Positions 20,075 through 30,769 of a stretch of 64,000 nt of DNA are shown here, in pieces; the stretch's first letter is position 1; each line of letters opens with the position of its first letter. The DNA is from an uncultured archaeon (GTDB taxonomy: Archaea; Asgardarchaeota; Lokiarchaeia; Sigyniarchaeales; SOKP01). The notes below the pieces were generated by a model, which was not told where the DNA came from, ran no database searches, and was given only the letters and a program-made list of their open reading frames with translations. Location: NCBI GenBank assembly GCA_964486045.1, contig CAZALK010000003.1, positions 241,879 through 305,878 of the forward strand. The letters are read 5' to 3'. A program made the position numbers and the translations under genes.

Positions 20075-20467
20075 TTATTTGATTCTTATGTCTTCTATTT
20101 CTTCAATTACTTGTTCTGCTATTAAAATACATTTATTGCAGAGCAATATATTCATTGATCTGTTTTTTAAATTGCTCAAATAATAATCGGCATCTCTTCT
20201 ATAATCAAACAATTCTAATAATTGATCAGCCATGTAATCCATGTTAATAGATTTTAAAAGATCTCTAACTTTCTTATGTTGACCCTCACTTCCAAATTTT
20301 TTTCCCCCTCTCTCTAATCTTGTTCGGGTTAATAGAAAAGCAGAATAATAAGCTCTTCCTACTGAAGTCCTAAATTTTCCTTTTTCATCTAAATCATTGA
20401 TAAGCAATAATTTCTTAGCAATATTTAAGAATTCATAAGGATCAAAACTATTATTCAAGGATTTCAC
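20075..20467 (-). CDS. HEPN domain protein
   Basis: RTSVGRAYYSAF, H..VR, RRDADY (R-x4-Y). Confidence 0.85.
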   Translation of the reverse strand: MKSLNNSFDPYEFLNIAKKLLLINDLDEKGKFRTSVGRAYYSAFLLTRTRLERGGKKFGSEGQHKKVRDLLKSINMDYMADQLLELFDYRRDADYYLSNLKNRSMNILLCNKCILIAEQVIEEIEDIRIK

Positions 20468-21043
20468 CTATGTTAAATCAAGTTTTATGTAAAATATATT
20501 GTTATAATTAATAAAATCTTTAACTAATTCTTTAGAACCCATATAATCTTCTGTTAATTGTAATCCTTTTCTTACAAAAGAAGAAAGATTTTTCCATAAT
20601 TTTAACTCCTCTTCAAAAGAAATATTGTAAAACTTGATGAGAAGAATTATATTCCTTAATTCTTCAATTTCCCAATCTTGTTGGAAGCTTATTTTAGCAT
20701 TAAATGCTAATCCATATTCTTCTTTAAATAAATAAAGAGTATTTTCTATTTCGGTAATATACTTCCGAAATGAAGTGTTTTCAAACATTTCCTCTTTTAT
20801 ATCCTTATCAAAGGAGATTTTTAGAGTATTTTTTAAAATTATAGGAATATCAATGTCAGGAAATTCATTAAATTCGCCAAATAGGAGTATTTGAGATGAA
20901 GAATCATCTTCTTCTAATATTGGAACATTTATAGAGCTGTTTGCTGAGAGATCATACTTTTCATATATAGATGATTTATTTAATAACCTCTCTTTAACTG
21001 TTTCGCCTACGTAAGTACCTTGATAACTTGTCTCATTACTCAT
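20468..21043 (-). CDS. Hypothetical acidic protein, putative HEPN partner
   Basis: Stop abuts the HEPN start; no GS..DxD motif visible. Confidence 0.6.
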   Translation of the reverse strand: MSNETSYQGTYVGETVKERLLNKSSIYEKYDLSANSSINVPILEEDDSSSQILLFGEFNEFPDIDIPIILKNTLKISFDKDIKEEMFENTSFRKYITEIENTLYLFKEEYGLAFNAKISFQQDWEIEELRNIILLIKFYNISFEEELKLWKNLSSFVRKGLQLTEDYMGSKELVKDFINYNNIFYIKLDLT

Positions 21044-21060
21044 ATTTTTAATTTGAAATA

Positions 21061-21900
21061 TTATTTTTGTTCATTAATATTAGTTTGTTTTAATCCTAAA
21101 GGAATAAGCACATCTCTTTTTATTTGAAGTCCTTTATAGAATATATACATTTCTCGCCATTTCTTTACGATATTCCATAGGTTTTTGTTAAAATCAGTAA
21201 AGTCAATTTCCTTCTTCTCTTTAAAAGAATTAATGTATTCAAGATAAACTGATAAGTCCTCTTTTAGTTTTTCTTTATTTAATTGTTTACTACTAAAATT
21301 TTCATAATAAAAATATTGATATAAATAACCAAGAGATTTAATGTAGATATAAATCATTAATTCTTTAAGATTAAAATAGTGATTTCTAATAACTCTTACC
21401 ATAATATCAAGAATACCTTCAAGAAACTTGTTATTAATCATATATAAATAGTTACTATGACTTTCAATATAGTTTAACAAAAATTCGAATGATTGAGAAG
21501 AAAACTGAGGATTTTTAAGGTAATGTGCATCTATATCACCTCTTAAAAATTCATTGATACTAAGATTATATTTATGGAACTCATTCCAAAGACTTTCTTC
21601 ATTTAGATCTTTAAAAAACTCCTGAATTTTTGAGAGTAGTCCCTCCGCAACAACTTTCGCAGAATTTATTTTTTTAGATTTATCAGGATTATTAATAATC
21701 CCAATATAATCGTTAACCATATCTTTAATAAAGACTCCTGGAAGACATAATTGATATTCATTAAATATAAGGCAGTTTTCTATATATCGGTTAGCTATAA
21801 TATTAATGAGTCGAAAATTGTTTTTATCAAACAAATCTGCACACACATTAATATCTTGGTTTAATATCTTAATCGCTAATTCTAAATTTTTGTCGCTCAT
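21061..21900 (-). CDS. Hypothetical helical protein
   Basis: 279-aa ORF, first gene of a co-oriented run. Confidence 0.65.
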   Translation of the reverse strand: MSDKNLELAIKILNQDINVCADLFDKNNFRLINIIANRYIENCLIFNEYQLCLPGVFIKDMVNDYIGIINNPDKSKKINSAKVVAEGLLSKIQEFFKDLNEESLWNEFHKYNLSINEFLRGDIDAHYLKNPQFSSQSFEFLLNYIESHSNYLYMINNKFLEGILDIMVRVIRNHYFNLKELMIYIYIKSLGYLYQYFYYENFSSKQLNKEKLKEDLSVYLEYINSFKEKKEIDFTDFNKNLWNIVKKWREMYIFYKGLQIKRDVLIPLGLKQTNINEQK

Positions 21901-22392
21901 AAAATCATTAATATAATATGAATTTAGTTTATTTAACTTTCACTGATTTATTAATTTTGTCGAGTATTATATTTGAAACAAGCTATTATACTATTATTAA
22001 TTATTTAACAATTTCTAAGATATCTTGTAGAATTACATAATTTCTAATTTTATTTTTTTATCCTATTCCTGAATAAATTTTGGCAGCTAATTTTTGATCT
22101 CAGAATAAAAATCTTTTTGAATCGAATTACAAGGATGGAAAAGGTAATCTACCTATTAAAGGGTTGTTTTTATATTTTATTACATTTACTTCAAATTTTT
22201 TTTCCTAAATCATTTGAAAATTAGGATTTAGTTTTATTATAAAAAAATAGACAGACTAATTCTCCTTTTTCTATAAGAACGCTTATTAATTTTGAATGGG
22301 TGAAAGTTCTTGATAAAGTCTATTTTGTAAAAGTTAATTATCGGGTAATAATTAAATAGCTTATATTAAAAATTCAAAGTTTATTTAAAATT

Positions 22393-23640
22393 ATGAGTAA
22401 AGTGGAAAACGAAGAAGATAAGAAAGTAGAGCGCTCAGAAAAAAGTAAACAAAAAAAAAAGCGAAGAAAAGTAACGCAAGGCCAGATGATTCAAGAGGCT
22501 CTTGGTTTAAATCCAACAGACATTGAAGAGGTTGAGAAAAAGCTTTTTATCGTTCGCTTCCTTGATTTCTTTTCTGAAGATACTTTGGAATTTATTTTTA
22601 AAAGTCGCATTATGGAACAGAATGTTACCCGACTAGCAACATATATGGATGCATTACAAATTGAAAGGGAGGAAGAAAAATTATTAAAACAATCCTTTGA
22701 GTCTAAAAATATAATAAAAGTAATCGAGAGTGTCAAAAATAAAGCCGAAGAATTTGCCGTTAGTAAAGGAATTAAAAATAACGTTAATAAACGCTTACGT
22801 AGATTAACTTTGTTTATCACGCTACCTTTATTCGCACTACTTATCGTCTTAACATTTTTACCTCTCAACCTAACTTTCGTCTTTTTTCCTATTCTATGTG
22901 TCGTTTGTATCCTACCACAATTGATTAGAGGAAGAGTGGTTAAAAATTGGCAACAATTTAAAGAACAAAACAAAAATGATATTTACACAGAACACAGAGA
23001 AGATTTGTTGGTATTAAAGAGTTTTGCCGGTGAATTATTAAATAATATTAGATCAAGATTATTAGAATTACAAATTCCCCTCCAGTTAATAAAATTTACG
23101 CTTTTTAGTAGAGATTACGAAAATTTGAATTTAATGAACCAAAAAAGTGTTCGAGGATTCATGCAGTACTTCTATACTTTTGAATATCCATCAGGAATGG
23201 ATGCATTTCCGATACCAGAAAAATTACAGAATTATCAACAACCATTAATTCAGAAGAGAAGTGCTGAAAAACCTGAAAAAAATTTCATAGTCTTAACTGA
23301 GATGAAGGGTAAGGATGGAATTATAACATATTTTGTTCCAACTCTTAAAGATCAAATTGCCGATAAAATTAACACTTTGTTAAATGAATCCGAGTTTGCT
23401 AAAGCTCCAAAAGTCTTCAAAAGAATTATTCCTGATTACTCTAAAAGCATGGCAATATACTGTATATGTGGTGAAATTGCTGAAATAGAAAATGTGCAAA
23501 TATGCAACTGGAAAGATCAGTTTAAATTTTATTTATTTGAAGCTAAAGAATGTAAATGTGGAGAAAAAACTTACGCAATTTCATTAATGGATGAATCAGC
23601 TGAAGTTCCTGAAGAATTAAAAGATATCTTCTCCAGTTAA
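22393..23640 (+). CDS. Membrane protein with 2 TM helices and C-terminal Zn-finger
   Basis: Hydrophobic hairpin at about aa 138-178; YCICG...CKCG. Confidence 0.7.
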   Translation: MSKVENEEDKKVERSEKSKQKKKRRKVTQGQMIQEALGLNPTDIEEVEKKLFIVRFLDFFSEDTLEFIFKSRIMEQNVTRLATYMDALQIEREEEKLLKQSFESKNIIKVIESVKNKAEEFAVSKGIKNNVNKRLRRLTLFITLPLFALLIVLTFLPLNLTFVFFPILCVVCILPQLIRGRVVKNWQQFKEQNKNDIYTEHREDLLVLKSFAGELLNNIRSRLLELQIPLQLIKFTLFSRDYENLNLMNQKSVRGFMQYFYTFEYPSGMDAFPIPEKLQNYQQPLIQKRSAEKPEKNFIVLTEMKGKDGIITYFVPTLKDQIADKINTLLNESEFAKAPKVFKRIIPDYSKSMAIYCICGEIAEIENVQICNWKDQFKFYLFEAKECKCGEKTYAISLMDESAEVPEELKDIFSS

Positions 23641-23644
23641 ATTT

Positions 23645-24994
23645 TTATTTCCTTTTTATTTTTGAATACCATTCATAAAGATATTTAAAACCTCTAATAG
23701 CTCTTTCAATTTCATTTTCAAAAACAGGGATTTTTAAATCAGAAGCGGTTTTAATAACTCTTTTAGCACCCTCATGTTCTGCTTGAATTAGGATAACAAT
23801 TATGGGTTTATTTGGGTATGATTCTTTAATACTTTTAAAGATATTAAAATCAAATTCAATTTCAAGAAAAAATTCCAATGCTAAAATTAAACCCTCAACA
23901 GCATCATCTTTCAATAGAGTTTTTGACGATGTATTATAAATTTCACAAATTTTAGTACCAACAAACTTTTCTGGAGGCCAATAATCAACAGGGTTCCCTA
24001 ATTCACGAGTAGAACCTTTTACCTTATCAAGAATGATTTTTCGATTTTTACTATCTAACTTAGCTATTGATAGTCCATACTTTCGCATTTCTTTAGTAAC
24101 GAGTTGAATCGCTCCTGAACTTGGACCTACTAAGCCTAAATTTGGTCCCTTAGGTTCAGGACACCATAAAAATATTTTAGCAAATTCAAATAATTCTATA
24201 TAATTAATTACAGAAATGCCCCCAACTTGTATCAACTCGTCTTCTTTTTTATCATCTTCTCCTACATAAAAAAACAATACCGGTTTAACAAGAACTAATT
24301 TCTTAACAGCCTGAATTATTTCGTCGGTTATATCTTTAAGAAATAACGAAATAACTCTTGTAGTTTCATCATTTTTAAAATATTCGAGGACATCTGCATC
24401 GTTAATATCAAAACCATTACCTAAATGAATGACTTTAGATACTGGTAGATTCTGTGAAGGATTCCACCATCCCATTGCACCTGCCAATCCTCCTGATTGA
24501 GCTATAAAACTAACTCCCTCTTTTATTTTTCTATGTTTTTGCATAAGATATTGTCTTACCGGGATAATTGAGGTCGTAAAGTTATTATTGAAATTAATAA
24601 TGCCTACCATAGAGGGACCCATAAATGAAACATTGTATTTTTCACTTATGAGGATTAATTTTTCTATTATTGCTGAATCAGTTGTCTGCATTCTTATTTC
24701 AGATTCAATTGCAATATTTTTTACTCCAAACTTTGCTAATTCTTCAAAAATAAGGGCGATATTATTACTAAGGACAATTACTGCTAGTTCTGGAATTTCT
24801 GGTAGTTCATTCAAGGAATGATAAGACTTTATCCCTAAAATCTCTTCTGCGTTAGGATTCAAGATGTATATTGTACCACGATAGAATATTTCAAGGAGAT
24901 TTTTTAAAATAGTAGAACTGAATGTATAGGCTTTCCTGGACGCACCAACTATAAGAATGCTTTTTGGATTGAAGAAGGGTTCGAGATCTTTCAA
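23645..24994 (-). CDS. ADP-forming acyl-CoA synthetase alpha-subunit homologue lacking the phospho-His loop
   Basis: FFNPKSILIVGAS, MGPS.VG, SFIAQSGG, HLGN..D, NPVD present; no SHTG. Confidence 0.8.
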   Translation of the reverse strand: MKDLEPFFNPKSILIVGASRKAYTFSSTILKNLLEIFYRGTIYILNPNAEEILGIKSYHSLNELPEIPELAVIVLSNNIALIFEELAKFGVKNIAIESEIRMQTTDSAIIEKLILISEKYNVSFMGPSMVGIINFNNNFTTSIIPVRQYLMQKHRKIKEGVSFIAQSGGLAGAMGWWNPSQNLPVSKVIHLGNGFDINDADVLEYFKNDETTRVISLFLKDITDEIIQAVKKLVLVKPVLFFYVGEDDKKEDELIQVGGISVINYIELFEFAKIFLWCPEPKGPNLGLVGPSSGAIQLVTKEMRKYGLSIAKLDSKNRKIILDKVKGSTRELGNPVDYWPPEKFVGTKICEIYNTSSKTLLKDDAVEGLILALEFFLEIEFDFNIFKSIKESYPNKPIIVILIQAEHEGAKRVIKTASDLKIPVFENEIERAIRGFKYLYEWYSKIKRK

Positions 24995-25219
24995 GGTTAA
25001 TTCTTATTGATAATTTAAAATTATTATTTACAATTAATACTATTTTATAATTTTACTAGGTTTAATTTACTAATTCACATAAATTATAAATAAAATTACC
25101 GCTCTTGTTCTTGAGTTAGGATTAGAAAATTATTACAAATTTTGAATACTTACTGAAGTTATCTAAAAAATCAAAAAATAATTATAATACTCGCCGAAAG
25201 TTTAATTAACATTGTTTTT

Positions 25220-25852
25220 TTAGGTTTCAGCATATTCTAATTCATAAAGAGGAATATCTTTTCTCTTTTTAGCATCATACAACGGTAATCCGGATCGCTT
25301 CAGAAGTTCAGGAGTCTTGTAGGCAAGAATAACTATTTGACATGAACTTGAAACCTTCATTGAAGCTATCCTTAATCGATCTCTCACTAAAGGTAGATCT
25401 TTTATGTAACATCCCAGATCAACTATTACTTGGCCTGCCCTAACTCGAGCACAAACTCCTGATGATCTACCAAAAGAATTTCTCATACCTGATTGAATAC
25501 GATCAGCTCCCGCGACTGCTAACATCCGATTTTCTCGGAATTTTTGAAATGGTTTGGGGCGTATTCGTAACCTAAAATTTAGCCTTCCTAATTTTCGTTG
25601 TAGGACACCGTTTATCGAAATTCTTATAGCTTCAAGTGAGTTTGAGGAAATTTGAATTTGGTGATTAACTTTTAAGCCCACAATTAGTTCCCACAGGGCC
25701 CAGTCCCGTTCCTTGTTTCCTCCCCAGAATCTTTCTATTTTTGATTGAGCTCCACCTCTTGCATATTCTCTTCGATGGTTTGAGCTTCTTTTATGTTGAT
25801 ATGGTCGCCGGGTCCATTTAGAATAACAATGCCAGGGCCGCTTGTGTGCCAA
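25220..25852 (-). CDS. rpl10e: 50S ribosomal protein uL16 (L10e)
   Basis: RPWHCY, LEAIRI, RENRMLAVAGADRIQSGMRNSFG, ARVRAGQ. Confidence 0.95.
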   Translation of the reverse strand: MAHKRPWHCYSKWTRRPYQHKRSSNHRREYARGGAQSKIERFWGGNKERDWALWELIVGLKVNHQIQISSNSLEAIRISINGVLQRKLGRLNFRLRIRPKPFQKFRENRMLAVAGADRIQSGMRNSFGRSSGVCARVRAGQVIVDLGCYIKDLPLVRDRLRIASMKVSSSCQIVILAYKTPELLKRSGLPLYDAKKRKDIPLYELEYAET

Positions 25853-26122
25853 AAGACTTATATCACCAATCTAGTTTACCAATTCTATTATTTCGAACGA
25901 TTAACTCGTTCGGTTAAATTACTTCTAAAACTTAAATTAAAAAATGATAAATTTCTAATAAATTTTATGGTTCTTACATATCAAAACCTTTCATAATCAT
26001 GAATATTTATCAAGGTATATATTTAAATTTGTGAGCAATCTATAATATCCTAAGGATATGATGAAAATATTTATGTAAAGGGGAGAGTTTTTTGAGCAAT
26101 GCAAATTCTTAACAAGCAAGAT

Positions 26123-26152
26123 TTAATCCTAAAAGCTTATATCTAGGATTAA
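26123..26152. promoter_or_regulatory. 9-bp inverted repeat straddling a TATA-like box upstream of the LRR gene
   Basis: TTAATCCTA-aaagcttatatc-TAGGATTAA. Confidence 0.45.
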
Positions 26153-26211
26153 TTATTTTAATCTGAAGGAAAAAAATTCTATTAAAAAGATAAAACGACA
26201 TAGAGTAAGAA

Positions 26212-27159
26212 ATGGATCAATATAGAATAAATGATTTTATTACTCTTAAGTTAGAGGCCGATAAAACAGTAATATATGTCAGGACTATGAAATTTATGGC
26301 ATGTAAACGACTTATTATTAATATTCCAAAAGAAAACCTTGATTCATTTGAATTTAGTGATTCGATCGACGAAATAGTGGAAGAAAACAAACACTACTTA
26401 TACAAAAATAAGATTTATGAGGAATTTGAAGGAGAATTATATGAGGAATCTACTTCACAATATTCTATTACACCTGAAGAAGAATTCTGGGGGCATTGTT
26501 CCAATCTCCAAGCGTGGACGGAGAATAATTATGATACACGATTACTTCGCAATAATCTAGCTTTCCCTCTTTTGAAGAAGTTAACTGATTATGGTGATCC
26601 GCTAGCAAAAACAATGCTAAAAAAGGAGATAGTCAAAAGACTGGCTTCTGGGCATCAACCAACAATAATGTATTTATTCGTTGAGCGTTATGCATGGGAT
26701 TATTTAGAAAACGACGAGATTCTTTCTTGCATATTAGATTTATCCGATTATGATGCGTTAATTGAGGCTTTCCCTCATAAATATAAGGAATTCACATTCC
26801 AGTTAGAATGTTTTGAGTTACATGATTTAGTCATGGGTGGTAGTCATATCGCGATTGTGAATGGAAGGATTGTCGAATTAATGCTAGATGATCTGAATTT
26901 AGACGAATTCCCTGAGGCACTTACAAGATTATCGGCTTTAGAAAAATTATGGATCTCTTACAATAATATTAAAAGCCTTCCTAAAACCTTAGAAAATCTA
27001 AAAAAGCTCAAAGTACTCGATATAAGACAAAATCTCATAAAAGAGCTTCCTGATTCAATAATCAATCTACCTTCTTTAGAAGGAGTCTGGCTTAGCGGAA
27101 ACCAAATTGAGAATATCCCTGAAAAAATAAAAAAAATAAAAAAACCAAGTTCAAATTAA
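26212..27159 (+). CDS. Lokiarchaeal-type LRR protein
   Basis: INDFITLKLE, PEEEFWGHCSNLQAW, LAFPLLKKL; C-terminal LxxLxLxxN repeats. Confidence 0.88.
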   Translation: MDQYRINDFITLKLEADKTVIYVRTMKFMACKRLIINIPKENLDSFEFSDSIDEIVEENKHYLYKNKIYEEFEGELYEESTSQYSITPEEEFWGHCSNLQAWTENNYDTRLLRNNLAFPLLKKLTDYGDPLAKTMLKKEIVKRLASGHQPTIMYLFVERYAWDYLENDEILSCILDLSDYDALIEAFPHKYKEFTFQLECFELHDLVMGGSHIAIVNGRIVELMLDDLNLDEFPEALTRLSALEKLWISYNNIKSLPKTLENLKKLKVLDIRQNLIKELPDSIINLPSLEGVWLSGNQIENIPEKIKKIKKPSSN

Positions 27160-27358
27160 ATTTAGGTTAAAGCCAGATTAAAGGCATAATATCAAAATCT
27201 CCAAGCATCTCACGCTTGTTAATTTAGTTAAATTTTATTTTTAATAAAACTTTAAGTTAAATATCTTAAATATTTTAATTTCATGAAGAATAATTAAAAA
27301 TTTTTATTAAAAAGTGGTTTATAACTAACAAAACCAATTAAATCTAAATTCAACAATT

Positions 27359-28498
27359 ATGATTGATAATCTTCAGGCATTTGAATTAAAAACAGAATTG
27401 CTGTGTAAAGGTTTATATCTTGATGAAAATCTAATCCCACACTACAAAAATCAAGGTATCGAAATTGATTATGGTAGAAAAGGTGGGGCGGGTCCTTCTG
27501 GTGGAAAATATTTCATCTTAGAAGATGGTGTAACTCTAGTTAATGTTGCCTTATGGAATACTCCAGAAAAAAGTGATCTTGTTCTAAAAGAAAACATAAA
27601 CGGTTATTTTGAAATTTACAATAGAACAAAAGAAAAGAATTTTGGGAAATTAAAGCTAGTGATGAATCCTCGATTTTACAGTCCTGAATTTAAAACTTCG
27701 GATGGAATTGAGATGAAAAAGATAGCTTTAGTACATGGGACGGATTGTTTATCCAGTACTATTTATCAAAAGTGTAAATATTGGGCTTGTGGAGAAGCTT
27801 GTGCATTTTGTGGTATTGAATATAGTCTGCAAAACGATGCGACAATTTTAGAGAAGAATGCCCGACAAATGTCAGAAGTTATAACGGCTGCTAAGAAAGA
27901 GGGTCGGTGTAGACATATGGCTCTAACTAGCGGAACGGATGAAAATGATGATAAAGGAGCAATTCGTTATATTGAAATTTTAGAGGAAATAAAGAATAGT
28001 CATCCTGAAATCCCTGTACATGTCCAGATTGAAGCATTAGAAAATGTAGAATATATAGATAAATTAAAAGAGGCTGGAGCAAGCACTATTGGCATCCATC
28101 TTGAAGTCCTTGATGAAAATTTGCGAAGTAAAATTACGCCTGGAAAATTTCATATGAGCTTTGAATTGTTTGAAAAGAATTGGAAGCAAGCCATTGATGT
28201 ATTTGGAAAAAATCAAGTTAGTAGTTATATTTTAACAGGATTCGGAGAAAATATTGAACAATTTTTAGAACGTGTTGAAAAAATTGTTTCAATTGGGGTA
28301 ATCCCTTATATCACTCCTGTAAGGGCTATCGCTGGTAAAAAGAATTTACCTTTTACTGATTTTAAAGAGCTACTTGAGGTTTATAGGAAAAGTGCTGAAC
28401 TAATGAAAGATTATGGGGTTAATCCTTTGGAAAACATCGCAGGTTGTGTTCGATGTGGGGATTGTTCAGCGATTAGTGAAGCATACAAAACTTTGTGA
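27359..28498 (+). CDS. Radical SAM protein, MSMEG_0568-like
   Basis: RKGGAGP, C-x8-CAFC, LTSGT, C-terminal AGCVRCGDCSA. Confidence 0.8.
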   Translation: MIDNLQAFELKTELLCKGLYLDENLIPHYKNQGIEIDYGRKGGAGPSGGKYFILEDGVTLVNVALWNTPEKSDLVLKENINGYFEIYNRTKEKNFGKLKLVMNPRFYSPEFKTSDGIEMKKIALVHGTDCLSSTIYQKCKYWACGEACAFCGIEYSLQNDATILEKNARQMSEVITAAKKEGRCRHMALTSGTDENDDKGAIRYIEILEEIKNSHPEIPVHVQIEALENVEYIDKLKEAGASTIGIHLEVLDENLRSKITPGKFHMSFELFEKNWKQAIDVFGKNQVSSYILTGFGENIEQFLERVEKIVSIGVIPYITPVRAIAGKKNLPFTDFKELLEVYRKSAELMKDYGVNPLENIAGCVRCGDCSAISEAYKTL

Positions 28499-28571
28499 AC
28501 TTATTTATTAATAATGAGATTTGATCTATCTTTATTTCTAATAGATACTATTAATTAATTCACTTACTTTA

Positions 28572-29462
28572 TTGATAATTATGATGTTAAAAGACAAGAA
28601 TATAATTCTAACAGGATCAGGCAGAGGTATCGGAAAAGTAATAGCAATAGCTTGTGCTAAAGAAGGGGCTAATGTTGGGTTGACCTCAAGGACCTTGGAA
28701 CAATTAAGTACCGTTAAAAGCGAGATTGATGAATTAGATCTTGGAGTTAAGGTAATCGTAAAAACTGCTGATATCACAAATTATAACCAAGTTGAAGATA
28801 TCTTTAAGTTATTTAAGGAAGAATTAGGTTTACTAAATGGTGTAATCGCCAATGCGGGGAGATCTTGGAGAGCAAACGCTCATGAAGTTCCTCCGGAAAA
28901 ATTTGCGATGGTGATTAATGCGAATATATTAGGCGTTTTTCATACATTTAGAGCTGCTTATCCATATTTAAAGAAGGATGATAATAATGATAAGGCAAGA
29001 TTTATAATAACCGGAAGTGCTGTATATCCTACAGTAATGGGGGGATTTTCATCATATACGGCTTCAAAATATGGGGTTGTTGGATTACAAAGAGAATTGG
29101 CTACTGAATATAAACGTGAAAATATTCTTGTTAATATGGTACTCCCAATGCAAGTAGACACTAAAATGTTAAGAGGAAGACGCGCGGGAGATGGAAATAA
29201 ACCTCCTGGAGTGTTAGATCCTGAAGATTTGATTGGTTATTATTTATTTCTACTATCTGATGATGCAAACAGAATAAATGATGAATTAATTTATCCGAGC
29301 AATTTTGAGGCAATGAAAATGATCATAAAGAAAGCACCAGAAGAAAAGAGAGAAAACTGGGAGACATTTAAATTGTATCTAGAAGAAATTTCTCCAAACC
29401 TCTATAACGATGTTAAAAAATATGGGAAATTAGGAGAATTTATTTTAAATCATTCAAAATAA
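28572..29462 (+). CDS. Short-chain dehydrogenase/reductase
   Basis: TGSGRGIG, NAG, YTASK. Confidence 0.92.
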   Translation: MIIMMLKDKNIILTGSGRGIGKVIAIACAKEGANVGLTSRTLEQLSTVKSEIDELDLGVKVIVKTADITNYNQVEDIFKLFKEELGLLNGVIANAGRSWRANAHEVPPEKFAMVINANILGVFHTFRAAYPYLKKDDNNDKARFIITGSAVYPTVMGGFSSYTASKYGVVGLQRELATEYKRENILVNMVLPMQVDTKMLRGRRAGDGNKPPGVLDPEDLIGYYLFLLSDDANRINDELIYPSNFEAMKMIIKKAPEEKRENWETFKLYLEEISPNLYNDVKKYGKLGEFILNHSK

Positions 29463-29464
29463 CT

Positions 29465-30769
29465 TTATTTGAAGGGATTTTTCTCATTAAGAATTTTTTG
29501 TTGATACTCTTTTAACGGTGGTGGGCATAATCCTGCTTTGTACGCTTCCTTCTTTAAAGACTTCATAATTTCTCCTAAATTTATAGACACAGGGCACCAA
29601 TGGCGACAATTCTCACAACCTGTACAGAAAAATAGACCGTCTTTAATTGCGGCTTCAATTCCATTGTGGATATAATCTCGAATAATCCCATCAGCCCCTA
29701 ATCCATATTTTGATGCAAATATATTACCAAATGCCCGTGATGCCGTACAGGTATAATTGCAGGTCTTGCAGCTAATACATCTTAAAAAATCTTGATAAAA
29801 TAGATTTTCATTTAAAGCCTTTGTCCTCCAATCATCTACTAGAATCACCACGACTTCTTTAGCACCGTACATCCCAAGAACTTTTTCCCCTTGAATATCA
29901 CCTGTAGCTGAAGGTCCTGAAATTATACTGATATAATTAAAGGAAATATTATTAATCCTTGTTTGTAGTTTTGCAACTAAAATAGCGTCTAAAATTGTAG
30001 GGACTATCTTCGTTATTCCACATAGCACAATATGCTTTTCAGTTGCTCTTGTCAGTAAACTAATATTCCCTTCATTTTCTCCTAACACAATGGCTCCATC
30101 TTCAGCAGAAATTACATTAGCAGACGTAAGAGATACTGTTACATTATTAAGTAATTCTTTACGATACGTTTCTCGAAAATAGTCAACAATCGCTCTAGGT
30201 GTTGGCTCAAGTTCTACGCCATAAACTTCTTTTATTTTTGCAACTATATCTTCTCTCGAAAAATGAATACCTGGTCCAACTCCAAAAGTAGGTAACTTGT
30301 AATCAAACATGTGAACAAGGACATCACCTAAATCTGTTTCTTTAACTTCAATATTATTCTTCTTTAGAACATCGAGAACCCCAATATCTTTTGCTTCATT
30401 TGACTTTGATTTATAGAGTACTTTAGCATCACCAATCTCCTTTAACAAAAAACCATGAGCTTCCTCATTAGTTTTAGCTAGATAGACAGTCATATTATTA
30501 ACTTCTCGCATCACCTTAATACATTTTTCGACATAGTAATCTATATTTTCCAAAAAATCCTCTTTCATAGCCATTAAGCGATCTTTATATTTATCAATAA
30601 ACTCTTGAACTGAATCCTCGTACATATGTCTTAAATTGCGCTGTTTTGATGCAAATCCACATAAAAATTTCCAAAAATTCCCAAATTTATATTCCCAGGT
30701 TCCTTCGGTTTCTAAAACACCTATCCTTTGTTTTACTTTTTCATACAATTCTTTACCTTTATCACTCAA
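29465..30769 (-). CDS. LUD-domain Fe-S protein (LutB/YkgF-like)
   Basis: KSKS, ETDLG, ENEGN, ISGPSATGDI, CISCKTC...C, CTGCENC...CP. Confidence 0.88.
   Translation of the reverse strand: MSDKGKELYEKVKQRIGVLETEGTWEYKFGNFWKFLCGFASKQRNLRHMYEDSVQEFIDKYKDRLMAMKEDFLENIDYYVEKCIKVMREVNNMTVYLAKTNEEAHGFLLKEIGDAKVLYKSKSNEAKDIGVLDVLKKNNIEVKETDLGDVLVHMFDYKLPTFGVGPGIHFSREDIVAKIKEVYGVELEPTPRAIVDYFRETYRKELLNNVTVSLTSANVISAEDGAIVLGENEGNISLLTRATEKHIVLCGITKIVPTILDAILVAKLQTRINNISFNYISIISGPSATGDIQGEKVLGMYGAKEVVVILVDDWRTKALNENLFYQDFLRCISCKTCNYTCTASRAFGNIFASKYGLGADGIIRDYIHNGIEAAIKDGLFFCTGCENCRHWCPVSINLGEIMKSLKKEAYKAGLCPPPLKEYQQKILNEKNPFK

Noticed and set aside
22203-22226. TCCTAA...TTAGGA palindrome similar to the one at 26123
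   Set aside because: Different spacing and only 6-bp arms; not distinguishable from chance
24995-26211. Possible structured RNA or tRNA in the intergenic gaps around uL16
   Set aside because: No GC-rich stems or tRNA consensus motifs visible; a covariance-model search would be needed to exclude small ncRNAs
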